Assembly: GCA_964188305.1 (NCBI GenBank)
Contig: OZ076892.1
DNA: 64,000 nt
Source: Podarcis bocagei
Lineage: Eukaryota
Direction: 5' to 3' (one strand)
Numbering within the stretch: the stretch's first letter is position 1; each line of letters opens with the position of its first letter. Position numbers and translations under genes: made by a program. Positions 35,271 to 49,700 of the stretch are shown in pieces. Below the pieces are notes generated by a model that was not told where the DNA came from, ran no database searches, and was given only the letters and a program-made list of their open reading frames with translations.

Positions 35271-37682
35271 CTGTGCACAGAAAACACACGAGTCCATTCA
35301 TAATTCAAAGTGAGCATTCATCCCTTTCAGGCCCAGCTACTACTCCTGCTAAGAGCATGCAGAAAGAGGAACAAGGAAACCGCCACAATAGGAATAAACT
35401 ATACAGCTTTCCCCCAACCTCTTTCCTGCTGGACAGTAAAACATCTGGGCTGCTCCTGGGGAGAAGGGACTCAAGAAGCAGGAAGGGTAGGTGAGATGAG
35501 ATTAAAAGGCAATGGAAACAGTCACAATGACCTCCTTAGTTCTGGGTTTGGAGAGGGACTCTTCTTATGTTCTAATCATTGTACAGGTTTCCTTCACCCC
35601 TCTGCCCACTTTTTTTTTTTTACCTGGATTTTCCCAAGTTCTCCTGTACTCTCCATTCTACTGGCAACGTTGACTGTGTTTCCCCAGATGTCATACTGCG
35701 GTTTGCGAGCACCAATCACACCAGCTACTACAGGGCCATGGTTTATTCCTGCAAGAACAGGAAAGGGAAGGTTAAGATGAAATTTTGCTTTCCACTCCTG
35801 TGGCTTCTTGGCACAAAAAGAGGAAGGTGTTGTATGCCAGCATGGGAAAATAAAATCACAAGTTCAATTCAAGGGAACGTGTGCCTAAACAAAGGCATGT
35901 CTTCAGAAGCCGGCGGGATGCCAACACTGTTGGGGCTTCTTGTATTTCAGCAGGGAACACTGCTACTACCCCGTGAAGAAGTCCACTTCTATGTTATCGT
36001 AAGCTGATCAATAACTGGTCATGGCAACACTATCTGGGTTCCATTAGCTTACCGGGCAGAGGAGGAGGTCCCAGGTTCAGTCCCTGGAATCTCCAGGTAA
36101 AATTGGGCAAGACTCTTGCCTGAAACCCTGGAGAGCCAGTCAGTAGTGAATACTCAGCAATGGTCATGCTGGTTGGGGCTGTAAGAAACTGGAGTCCAAC
36201 CACTCCCAGCTGGGAGAGACTCCTGCCTGAAACCCAGCTGGTCAGTTGAGGCTAGGTGGACCAGCTAGGTGGACCAGTGGTCTGAATGAGAACAACATAG
36301 CGCCTCGTGTTTCTGTGCTCTGCTTGCGGGCCTCCTACAAGCATTTGATCAACTAGTGTGGGAAACGGGATTCTGGACCAGATGGAGCCTTGGGTCTGAT
36401 CCAGCAATTCTCTTTTTATGTTCTTTGGTTGTGGTTCCTAAGCAACAGTGTAAATCACACTAGCTCTGGAGGTAGTAATGTTTCCAAATACCACTTGCCG
36501 AAAAACAACGGAAAGGTGAGCACACTTGTGCTCAGATCTTTCTTGTGGGCTTCCCACAGATATTTGGTTTGCTGCTATCAGAACAGAATTCTGGATTAGA
36601 TGTTCTTCTAAGATGTAGTGATTTTAAAAATCACTGAATATGGAAGAAATACAGTGGTGTCCCCAAGATAATTCAGCCTGCCCCACCACTTTTGGGTGGG
36701 GGGAGTGGATTGAACTTACCAACTCTGAGACGGAAATTGTTGAAGGAGTGCCTGTTGATGCCATCCAGCTTAGTCATCAAAGCCATTGCAAATTCCACCA
36801 TGATGCCAATTTGAGCATGCTGTCTTTCCTGGTCCTAAACAATATTTTGGGGCAGGAGGGAGAGTGTTAAGAGGATCTTTGCTTTAGGTTATTAGTCCAG
36901 GGGTAGGAAACCTGTGGCCCTCCAGGTTGTTTTGGCACTCAAAACTCCCATCAGCCCCAGCCAGAATGGGTTTTTTAGTCCAATGACATCTTGATGGCCA
37001 GAGGTAGCTACCCCTCCACTAATGGAGTGCAGATATATTATAGGCGTATCCTAGAACTGCAGGTAAAGTCAGTGGACACCTACATTCCTCTCTCTGCTTA
37101 AAGTAAGGTAAAGGGACCCCTGATCATTAGGTCCAGTCACAGACGACTCTGGGGTTGCGTCACTCATCTCGCTTTATTGGCCGAGGGAGCCGGCGTACAG
37201 CTTCTGGGCCATGTGGCCAGTAACACTAAGCCGCTTCTGGCAAAACCAGAGCAGCATACGGAAACGCCATTTAGCTTCCCGCTGGAGTGGTACCTATTTA
37301 TCTGCTTGCACTTTGACATGCTTTCAAACTGCTAGGTTGGCAGGGGCAGGGACCGAGCAACGGGAGCTCACCCTGTCGCGGGGATTCGAACCGCTGACCT
37401 GCTGACCAGCAAGCCCTAGGTTCTGTGGTTTAGACCACAGCGCCACCTGCGTCCCTTTCCTGCTTAAAGTAGCTGGTAACAAAACTCACATTTATTTATT
37501 TATTTCATTTTCTTTATTGCATTTATATCCCACCTTTTTCTCCAAGGAGGTCAAGGGGGCACACATGGTTCTCTCCCTCCTCCTTTAATCCCAACAGCCC
37601 TGTGAGGTAGGACAAGCTGGGAGGCAGTGACTGGCTCAAGGTCACCCAGGGAGCTTCATGGTTGAGTGGGGATTAGAACCTT

Positions 37683-37766
<84 letters not shown>

Positions 37767-40700
37767 TCAAAGTGGCTTGTATTTCAGGAGGTGACTTACC
37801 AGATTATTCTCTTGGCCTGGGGTAATACAGAGTCCTGATGCTGCCATGTATGTACTCCCAATAGTTTTGATTTTTTCAACACCACTGAATTTAGGTTTCA
37901 GCAACAGCTGTTTGGGGAAAAATTGGGAAAACAATTAAAATCCAGGACCTGGATGATTCTTTGTCCTGTTACAGTCTTCTCACAGACCAGAGTTTCCAGT
38001 GGAATAAGCTAGACAAGGGGAAGAGGCTATACTGCTCAAGATAGGGCTGGTTTTCCTGCTACATTTTTTTTTACTTCATACCGATCACCAAGTGCAAAAT
38101 ACATGGGAAGGATGTGTGGGTTTTAAGATTTGGTTGTTTGTTTCTGACTTCCCCAATAGCTTGATTAATATGCCTGCATGAAGACACCCACCCACACCCC
38201 TTTCATCGTGTTTTGACCCTTGATGGCAACCCTTTCAAGATAAGGTTGTAGAAGTAGGTGCGTCATCCTGCTCAAGTATGCAAATCAAACCATGGTTCTC
38301 TGGTTCAAGGATACTTTTCTTCATAGGACACACTCCACCCAACCCCCTGGAACATAGGAAGCTGTCTTATACCCAGGTCAACTGGAAGGAAAACAAGGCT
38401 CTCAATAGCTGCTAGTCAGGATGACTATGAAGTATCAGATCCAGGATCAGAACCAGCATGCCTCTTGTTGGGGAACAAGAGTGAGGGAGGGCTAAGGTCC
38501 TCCTGTCCTGAATGTGAGCTTCCCTGATTGCACCCTGTGGGGAAGGGAATGCAGGGCTAGTTGGACTGATGGTCTGATCCAGCAGGGCTCTCAGTATGTA
38601 AGAACTCTCAGTGTTGTGTTCTCTGACTGACAATGACTTTCCAAGGTTGCAAAGCAGAGGTACCCTGTACATCCTTCTTACTCAGGGGTCAGGAACTTGT
38701 GGCCTTCTACAGTTGCTGCTGGACCACAAATCCCATCCTCTCTATCCACTGAACATGGTGACCGGAGCTGATGGGAGGACCACAGTTCCCCCCATCCCTG
38801 AAACATAGGAAGCTGTTTCCTACCGAGGCAGAACATTGGGTCCATTTTGCTCAATATTTGTTCATGCTGACTGGCAGTGGCTCTCCAGGGTTTCAGAAGG
38901 GATTCCCATCCGTACCTGGAGATGCCAGGGATTGAACCGGGAACCTTCTGCATTCAAAGCATATGTTCTCCCACTGAATTATGATACACCTCTCTGCTGC
39001 ATATGCAACCAGTCACATTTTTTAAATGCTGCCAAGCAGGCTCCAAGGCCCTTCCTAACATGACTCAAGAAGCCAATTCTCTCCTCTGTGGAGAAGAAGA
39101 TCTCTCTTCACTACACTGAAGACTTGAGGGGAGGAGAATACTCATTTCTGGCTATTTAACACAAGAGGCGGGGACAGGCAAAGAGAGAACCAATCCCAAC
39201 ACCAAGAGGCCCCCACAAGCCTCAAGAGGTACCTCGTCAAAATCGGCAATTATTTCATTGAGGAGTCGAAGGCACTCTAGCCCTTCCTTGTTGACATCAC
39301 ATTCTGTGTAGAACACCTTGAAGTCGGGTACTGAGGCAAACATGACACAGACACAGTCATAGGATTGATGGTACCAATCCTGCAGGAAATGCAACAACAG
39401 TTTCAACAATATCATTGTTCGCTACCAGTTGCTTCCATCTCCCCATACAACTAAAGCAACACTGTCTAAGCACATGTAAATTCAAAGAAGTGCACGCTAG
39501 GTGTCAGAAATCTCAGAGCTACAATTTCCAGAGTGGTTTAGCAACCACTCCTTCTTCCCAGGGAATTTTGAGAATTGTAGCTTTGCGACGGAAATTTGTC
39601 GCTCTTAACGACACTCTTAACAAACGACAGCTCCCAGAAGTCTTTGGAGTAAGCCATGATTTTAAAGTGGTTAAGCACTTCAAGTGTATATTCTGAATGA
39701 GACCTAAGATTTATTTTGCTTTTTAGACCATGGGGCTTCTACTGCTTTGTCCTCGTGCTGTTTTCAACATGTGATCTCTTAAAGATTAGCAGAGGAGTGA
39801 ACGAAACCACAATGGAGCAATGTGAATCTTATTGTTCTATACCTCGTTTAATTTGTCTCCGATAAAATGGGCAGCAACGTGAGCTGGGAGCACATTCTCC
39901 AGCAGCAGCCGGTTTACGTTTTCCATTGTTTCAAACGACTCGTGTTCCTGTTTAAATTTATTCTTTTGTAGGCAGTCCAGACGACAGTAATAGTCTATCT
40001 GCAAAAAACAAATAAACCAAGGAATTATGAAACTCAGCCTTAATATCAGCAAGCTGAAAATACTAGAAAAAAGCTTTGTGTACTTGCAGCAAACTTGTTT
40101 AATGCCTTGTGGGTTCAGGGGCTCCATGACATTTTTAATGTCCATGAAATCAACTGTTCCTCCTTCAAAAGCTTGAAATCTTTTAAAATGAGAGACTTGA
40201 CCAATAAGCCAAGCATTTAACCCCTGATGCCCCAAATTGCACCCCACACATTTTCTTCCCCATGCAAGCCAAGTGTACTAAGCCACAAATGCCCATATTC
40301 CTGTACGCGTGCAGCATTCATTAACTGTCTAACATGCTCCCACAAGCCACATTTCTATTTTAAATCGTACCTAATTATTTATCCCAAATCATTGCGCTGT
40401 GTTTCCCAGACCTGCCTCAGCTGTCATTAAGACATCATCATCACTAGTATTAGGCTCACAGATTTGATCTCCGTGCTAGTGGGACTTCCCACCGTTCAAA
40501 ACCAACTGCCAAACTGAGGAAGCACAACTCACAGGCATAGAGAGACTGTGGGCACTTCAGAACAAATCCTATAGTGTCTGATTTGTTACAAAATGCAGCA
40601 GAACCGGAAAACACAAAATAATTTTGCAGGGATACCCACAGTAAGAAGAAAAAAAGGTTCGGAATGTCACATCACAGACAAACTGAAGACAGAAAGCTCT

Positions 40701-43700
40701 GGGCAAATCACACACCTATGAGGACTGGGCTGCCTACCTGTTTCGACAGTAGAACCAAAGTTATGTAAAACAGAGCCAGGTATAAATTTGTCATTGTTCT
40801 TGGTTCTTTCATAAAAAACCTAAAACAAAAAGCAAACAAAACAAAAACATTCATTTTAAAAGCGTTTGGAACTATGTGTGAAACACCCATGCTTAAATGT
40901 TTGGAAATGCATCTCTAAAACGTTCAAAGTTTCAAGCGATACAGAGGACTACAAACAAGAGTTTGCCAGATTGCACGTTGGAACCATTCACAAGACACAA
41001 AGACACCCATCCACGTTAGAAAAAAAAAATTACTGTCAAATATTGTCTCCTGCAAGGGGGGGGGACACCCCTGAGTTTGTTGGGTTAAGTAAACACCACT
41101 GCCATCCACCTCTGAGTTCGATACTCGGATAAATACTACTCTCAAGGGCAAGAGGTCAAAATGGAAGACAGGCTTGAGCATTTCCAGCCCATGAAACAAA
41201 AATTATTTGATGGGGCTTTTTCCAGTTTGAGATTTGATTGGGCAAATTCCACATTATGCACCATCTTGAACAGGTGTCAGAGAGAGAATAAGTTGGTAAA
41301 CATAAAATAGTGGATTCCCCATTACCCTCACAGCACTACAATTCCCAGAGCTCCCTGTAAAGAGGAATTGGTTGTTAAACTACTCTGTAAATTGTAGCTC
41401 TGTGAAAGGGAATAGGGGTCTCCTAATGCTCTGAGCACCCAGGATTCCTTGCAGGAAGCCATGGCTATTTAAAGTCATATTGTAGCACTTTAACTGTATG
41501 GTGCAGGTGGGCCAAGAGAGAAAAGCAACGAGGTGACCTCCCAAGTTCATCACCGATGAACACAATGATAAGTAAGGAGACCATTTAGTGTCTGCTCTAG
41601 TCTGACTTGGCACAAGGCAATTCCCTGTGTTTGCATGAAAATTGCAGAGTGGTTTAAACATCTGAAAATGCTTCAGGTAGGAGGAAGAAGGTCTTGTGCG
41701 ACATGTTGCAGTGATAGCAAATGCATTGCAACACTAGCGCAATCATTATCCGCACAATACCCAAGAACTCAACTTTTTCACTGGTGGAAAAGGGTTCCTA
41801 ATGCAGCTAGTGTCACCATGCTGCAGCATACTTTGGGTCTGTTCCTAGCTTCTTAAGAAACTGTAATCTACGAGATCACTTCCTGGAGCAGCAGTCTGCA
41901 ATTCCACTAAGCTCACCATCAGCTTACAGAGTGTTGTTACCATTGAGAAGCAAGATACCGTACCTTGTGGTGGAGTCACTGACGTTGCTGCGGCTGGAGC
42001 ACAAAAGCAGGTTGCTATTAAATACAATGAAATACCCAACGACAGCTCCTGACAAAAGGATAAGCTTCAGTTCAAAGCTCATTCGAAGGAACACAGAGCA
42101 GGCGATGAAACCCAGAAGGCAGCAGTAGGTATAATACTGGAACAGAAGAGGAGCGGCTTTAAAAAAATATGTATATATCTAAATATATATATGTATATGT
42201 GTGTGTGTGTGTGTATAAATAAATAATATCATGGCACACTGATTGCCTATGTAGTCATGTCCTAGGTAAGGGCAAATTTGTCAATTTTGGCTTCTCTCGG
42301 TTTCTCATTTCTCCAATCCTAAATTCTGTTCTCCACATTTTCATATCTGTTTTTTTTTTAAATTGCAAAGTCCTCATGAAAATTCATACATATTTACATG
42401 AAATTTTATCCCCCACCCCACCCCTACCCAGTGGCTACATCCATTAGAAATCAAGCCAGCCCATTCTCTGCATTGCCCTAACTTGAGTTGTTTCTTGATC
42501 GTGCTGGAGCACAATGGAATGTTGGCATTGGAAAAGCAAGGCAATCTCACTTTTCTGTTATGGCCAGAAGCCAATAGCTTTTGAACATGTGTTGGTATTT
42601 TTTTTTTGAGCAATTCTCTCCAGCATGTATCTAAACCCATATTTTAAGTTCAAATTTACTCACTGAGTAGGTCTCAGCTTCAATTCTCAGCATGTCGCTG
42701 TTTTCAGAAGAACTGTTGCCCACCTGCTGCTTTGTTAGAGCAGGAGAGAAAGGGAAAGAGAAAGACTATTGTTTGTTGTCTGTGGCAGGCCAGGCTCCAT
42801 CAACATGCAGAGCAAAATGATTAATCGACAGGACTGTCTGGTGGTTGGCTAAAGAAAACATGGAGCTGTTGTGACTTGAACCATAATGCATATTTCAGAA
42901 TGGAGCAGCTCAAGGATGAACATAGGGACACGGGAAGCTACCTTATACTGAGTCAAACCATTGGTCCGTCTTGCTCAGTAGTGCCTACACTGATGAGCAG
43001 CAGCTCTCCATGGTTTCAGGCTGGGGTCTCTCCCTACCTGCAGATGCCAGGCATTGAACCTGGGCCCTTCTGCATGCAAAGCAGATGCCTTCCATCTAAG
43101 CCAGCCTTTCTCAACCTGTGGGTCCCCAGATGTTGTTGGACTACAACTCCCATCATCCCTAGCTAGAAAGGCCAGAGCTCAGGGATGATGGGAGTTGTAG
43201 TCCAACAACATCTGGGGACCCACAGGTTGAGAACCACTCACTAAGCAACGGCCCTTCTCCATGCCTTGATTGTGAGGCGGGCTCTCTCTATCTCTCAAGT
43301 GTCAATTTCATTCATTTATTTTTGACCGCTGCCACCACCACACTTTTTTTTGGCCAAGGGTTCTGCCATGAGTAATTTAAAATACAACCAAAGGATTCTA
43401 GGACTGAGAAGCTGAATAGATCATTAGGGTAATTTCTTTTATAAAAAAACACCTCTTGTTTTGTTTTATTGTACACATGAAAGGAGAATTAAAATGTAAC
43501 AGTGAAATGCAAAGAGAAAGGTAATAGAAAAGCTAGATGGTTAGAGCACCAATAATTTTTAAAAAGTTTGCATTTTAAATAAGAAATAGATCTCCGATCT
43601 TGGACTACTAAACCAAAGGTTATTAATATAGCAAACAAAACTTGCTTTTTAAAACTCACCAGGTTTGGTGTAGTACAGTTTCCAATAGTCTGGTCTGTGT

Positions 43701-46700
43701 GCTAATTAAAAAATTAGAAACTAGTTAGGAATTCAAATACATAGCTTTATTACAAAACAATGGCAGTTATCACCAACGTGGCCAGTCAGTGAAAGGATTT
43801 CCACTTGTGCCGTGGGACTTCTCCTCCCCCCTCTCCTCCTGTCATGTGTGCCCCACATCCTTCCCCAAATCTGCTTTGGAGAACTGTGAAAATGTCTATA
43901 AAGATTTAGGTGGCATGTTGGGAGAGGAAGGGGGGAATTATATTGCACTACTGTAAATCCTTGCACTGATGGGACAAGTTAGTGCTACTTAGGACACAAT
44001 CCAATGGATAAGAGTCTTGGCTAAAACAATCTGCAATGCTGCCCTTTATGGTGAAGAAATGAACTGGCTGATGCCAGTTGATAGATCTACCCACCTTTTG
44101 TACAATCCATATTTAAGGTTGTTGAAGCTACTAGTCATTATCACAGCTTGTGGCAATGAATTAAGCTCTTGAAATCACTTAGTCCCTTAGTCTTACTTGA
44201 AACATTAAGAACGCAAGAGCTTGCTGAATCAGTGGCCAACCAGAGGCAGGTGGGAAACCAGCAAGCAGGATTGGAGCACAAGATCACTCTCCACTCTCCC
44301 TTTCCAGAAACTGCTTTTCAAGAGCATTAATGCCTCCAACCGCGGCAGCAGAGAATAGCCATCATGATTAGTAGCTGCTGAGAGCCCTTTCCTCCATGAA
44401 TTTGTCTAAGGCTCTTTTAAGCCTTCTAGGTTGATGATCATCGCTGCCTTCTGTGGGAGTGAGTTCCACAGTTTAATTATGTGCTGCATAGTTTAAAATT
44501 CTGCGGAAGCAGAACATCGTTGTGCAAGAGAATGCATAGGCAGGTTGCTGGTAGCTCTGCTGCACAACAGATTGTGCAATTCCTCTGTTGTGTAATATTA
44601 AAACTCACCTGTCTGCTAGTGCAAGAGACCTTCTGCTAGCAGGCAGAGAATGCTGAGGAAGTCTATTCATTTTTTTTATTCTTTGCAAACTGCTTTTTTT
44701 GGGGGGGGTTGTTTTAGAGTCAAGCGGTGTGCAAATTTTATGAAATAATAAAGAAAAAAAGACTAGTGAAAGGAATTACCAAGTTAGAAACAGCTAGAAT
44801 TAACAGAGAGCCGATTGCAATAGTGGCCAGCGGGAGCCTCACGGCTGGCATCGTCTCCATTTTCTCTGAAAGCGTGCGGAGATAGCGGGCTGGGGGCCAC
44901 TGCTTTGAACAGGGTCTCTGCAAACAGATGACAGAGGCACAGCATGACACATAAGCATACCAGCTCTTACCTCCTTCCCTACAACCATGCTACAGCAACA
45001 AATGTTTGACATTTTCTGTTGTTTACAGGAGGCGATTCCTTACACACAGTTCTTAAAATGGAAGAGCTTTGGCCATACTTCTCTCCCTCCAGCAGCTGCC
45101 AATGCCGCAAGGCCACTGTTTACTAGCAACGTGGTTTTGTACAGCAGAAGGGGGTCGTGTGGCTTTCCACTGCAAGATGAATGGGAAGGCAGATCCTGGG
45201 GAAGGAGCGACTTCCCCAATACCAACCACAATGGGCCCCGTGATTGGCAGGCAGGGCATGCCCTCTTGGTGGTGGTGTCTCCTCCAGCAGCTGTCCAACT
45301 GCACTGCCCAACTGCAGGGCCTTCTCGGTGGTGCCTCCCTGTTTGTGGAATGCCTTACCTGGTGAGGTGTGCCTGCCTCCCCCACTACTGATGTTCAGGA
45401 GAAATCTAAACTCATTCCCACTTAAGCCGGGCAGACAATGGCTGATAGATATTGGCCATGGCAACCTTGAAATTAGTAACTGTAAATGTGGCCCTCATGT
45501 TAGCAGTTCTTAGGATCCAGATCAACAGCCCCAGGTAGAAATAATACGCGGAGATTTTTACAAGCACGGCTGGTATTACATTTACCCCAGCGGATAAACA
45601 AATTTCAATGCAAATGCATTTAAGGCAAACACATGCTATCTGGCAGTACAATTTTGTTTCTTTTTTTTTAATGCTTTGGACATTTTATTTTATTTTTATT
45701 TTTTACTTACCCAACAGTCATCAGCAAAGCACACACACAAAATTAGCCCCATTATGATAGCTACGACCCCAAATGGAATCCCTAATTTTGACGTTCTGAA
45801 AGAGAGGAAGGGGTGGGTGGAAACAGATGATGCAGAGCTAAAGAAAAACGTTATTCATGCTTCGATAGTCGTGAGTTCCTAGGGGAATATATAATCCCTT
45901 TGATAGCCAAGTTGCTTGCACGTTTTGCTTCTGATTTTCAAAGCTAATTGAGCAGCACTCCCCCCCCCCAAAAAAAAAACCACCTGAAATGTTAGAATCT
46001 CTCCAACACTCTCTGTTTAAAGCATTACATTTGCCTGCAGTTAGCAAGACTGGTGGTTCAGGATATTACCCAGGGCAATAACACCCTAGCACCAAAAAGA
46101 TAAGGAGGCAAATTTCCTTGGTTCTGCATCTCCAATTACATGCCATCTCTCTATTCATTCCTGTCATCTAGAGCGGGAACATGGGCTGCTAATCGGGGCC
46201 ATCTGGACTCCCATCTTGGGCACAGAACCATAATCTGGTGGAACAGTACATGCTTTGCAAGCAGACGATGCCAGGTTCAATCCCTTGTGGCTGCTGTTAA
46301 AAGGCTCTCTCAGGTGGAAGTGATGTAAAGGACCTCTGTCTGAAACCTTCAAGAGCTAACTGCTGGCCAGAGGAGGCAGCACTGAATCAGTAACAGTAGT
46401 GCAGTGGCAAACAGTAGTGTAATGCAGTGGCCTGGGCCCATTCGGCCCTTCAATTGGCAGAAGTGGAACTACTGCAGGAGGCCCCCCCATTACCTGTCCC
46501 GCCTTTGTAAGAACTCGATCATATAGTGAAGCAGGATTTGCACTGTGGAACTCCCTGCCTGTTGAGATCAAGCAAGCACTTTTGCTATACCCTTTTCAGT
46601 GCCTGCTGAACACGTTACTGTTTAGCTGTTTAAAAAGTTGAGGTGATTTTAATCTGTTTTAGTATGTTAACTTTTGTTATCTTTTAAAGGTAGGGTTATT

Positions 46701-49700
46701 ATCTTTTTGTAAACTGCTTTGAGGGTGTGGGCTTTTTTTTTAAAACAATGAAGCAGTGTACAATTTTCATTAAATAAAAATAATAATAATCACAAGCGCA
46801 GGGTCTCTTCATGATTCTCACAGCCATGCCCCCCCCCCCAAAGCCACACACCCTTCTAAGATCATGCAACCTTCCAAGCTTATACAACAATAATGTTGTT
46901 GTTTCCTTGGTCCTGGTATATCTGAAAATCAATAAAATATGGTTTAAAAATGCAATAACAATCAATAGGGATGCATTGCAGCAATCAATGTAAATCTCCT
47001 TTCAGCTAGATCTATTTTCTGTGCACGTACATGAGCAAACCATCTGGAGTACCTTCTGTTGGAGTGAATTTTAGTTGTGTTTTCCTTGAAGTTCTGCTGT
47101 ATGGAACAGAACTTGCACACCAGTCTCTTGAAACCGAAGCACCTGGCATCTTCAGTGTTCCTACATGCTTATCTTTGGAACATATGGAACAACTGCCTCG
47201 GCTTGCCTAAATGTTTTATCAGGAGCTGAGAAGAATACAGTGGAGGAGCCTGGCTGATATCAATAGGCAGGGAGTTCCAAAGCTGTGGGTGCTGCCTCAC
47301 TATATGATCCAAGCTCTTACAAACGGAGGACGTCTATTACGTAGCAGCCGCAACAGTGCCAATTCTGCAATCTGGAGCCAGGGGGCAGCATTAACTTCAA
47401 TCTCTGAATTACATTAAACTGCCCCTGTAGCAGATTTGTATGAGACATATTTAAAAAGGAAAAAGGGGGGGGGACACTTACCCTTGCATTATGGAAATCT
47501 GTACAAGGAACATACACAGCAGCACAATGCTGGCGCAGGCAAAATAACCCCTCAGTTTGGGGATCGGGATTGTGCGATACTGGAGATGGGGAAACAAAAC
47601 AAAGACATTAATTCAGAACCCTGTGGAAATTAGAAAGTGCTTCCAGAGATACTTCAAACAACTTTACACACAAGGGCCGCAGAAAGAGACTGAGATAGAC
47701 CAATTTTTAAGAAGAAATGGATTACCAAAACTGTCTCAAGAAAATAGGTCAATTTTGAACTATAAAATAACACAACAAGAAATTGAAGGTGCCATTCAGA
47801 ACATGCAACTGGGCAAGTCTCCAGGGCCAGATGGGCTTACCTCCAAGTATTATAAGACACTGAAAAATTATTTGACACAACCATTAATGGAGGTTTGGTT
47901 TGCAATGAGATTATGGAGGGGAAGAAGGCACCGGAATCGTGGAAAGAAGCTTTCATCACATTGATACCTAAATCGGAAACTGAAAAGACACAACTTAAGA
48001 ACTACCGCCCCATCTCTCTCTTAAATGTGGATTACAAAATTTTTGCAGACATTTTGGCTAATAGATTTAAAAGAGTGTTAAATGAAGTGATTCACAAAGA
48101 TCAGGCAGGTTTTCTCCCAGGTAGACACTTGTTTGATAATACTAGGAACATCATTGATATCTTGGAACTTTTGCAAACGAACATTAATACAAAAGCAGTG
48201 TTGATTTTTATAGATGCGGAGAAGGCCTTTGATAATATCTCATGGAAATTCATGAAGAAAAATCTTGAAGGGATGGGAGTGGGACGGGGGTTTGAGAATG
48301 GTATAGAGGCAATTTACTCAGAACAAAAAGCTAAACTGATAGTTAACAATGTGGTGACAGAAGAGTTTAGGATTGAGAAAGGAACACGACAAGGTTGCCC
48401 TATTTCCCCTTTGTTATTCATTTCGGTCCTGGAGGTGCTCTTGAATATGATTAGAGGGGACCGGTTGGTTGAAGGAATTCAGGTCGGAGCCAAACAGTAC
48501 AAACTTAAAGCTTTCGCAGATGACTTGGTTTTGACACTACAGGAGCCAGAATCTAGTACGAAAAGGGTCTTAGAACTGATTCATGAGTTTGGTCGGGTGG
48601 CGGGATTTAAATTAAACAAGCAAAAAACTAAGGTCTTGGAAAAAAATTTGACAACTTTGGAATCAGAAAGGTTTCAGAAAGAGACAGATTTAAATGTGGT
48701 TAAAAAGGTGAAATACCTAGGGGTTAATATGACTGCCAAAAATTTGAACTTATTTAAGGACAACTATGAAAAGTGTTGGTCAGAAATTAAAAAGGATTTG
48801 GAAAGCTGGTCAAGATTGAAACTTTCCTTGTTGGGCCGAATTGCTGCTATAAAGATGAATGTACTGCCAAAAATGCTGTTTTTGTTTCAGACCCTACAGA
48901 TTGTGGACAAGGTGGAGTGTTTCGGGAAGTGGCAGAGAGACATCTCTAAATTTGTCTGGCAGGGCAAAAAGCCCAGAATAAAATTTTAAATATTAACCGA
49001 TGCTAAGGAAAGAGGGGGGTTTGCCCTGCCAGACTTAAGGTTGTATTATGAATCAGCAGCTTTCTGCTGGTTGAAAGATTGGCTGCTTCTTGAGAACACT
49101 GATGTTTTGGATTTGGAAGGGTTTAACAATGCTTTTGGATGGCATGCATATTTGTGGTACGACAAGGTAAAAGTCCATAAGGCTTTCAAGAACCATATTG
49201 TCAGGAAAGCAATATTTAATGTCTGGATAAAATACAAAGACTTATTAGAAAATAAGAACCCAAGGTGGTTGTCACCAATGGAAGCTAAGGCTCGGAAAAG
49301 ACTCAATATGGTGGCCAAATGGCCGAAATATTGGGAAATATTAGAAAAAGTTGGAGATACTTGGAGATTGCAGAGTTTTGAGAAACTAAAGGATAAAGTG
49401 CGAGATTGGTTACACTATGCTCAGATCAGGGAGGTTTTTAATTTGGACAAAAAAACAGGTTTCCAGGTGGAAAAATTGAAACTAGAAACAGAACTGTTAG
49501 AACCTAAGACTAAGGTACTTTCAAAAATGTACAACTTGCTGTTAAAATGGAATACTCAAGATGAAACGGTTAAATCAGCCGTGATAAAATGGGCACAGGA
49601 CATTGGGTACAATATTATGTTTGCTGACTGGGAAAAGTTATGGACCACCGGTGTGAAATTCACGGCATGTAATGCCTTGAAAGAAAATATTATGAAAATG

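Noticed and set aside
47557-47606. N-terminus [17 protein letters not shown] of the first L1 ORF
   Set aside because: It is the antisense of an ADCY7 exon and acceptor fused to the truncated L1; TTG start, not a real L1 start.
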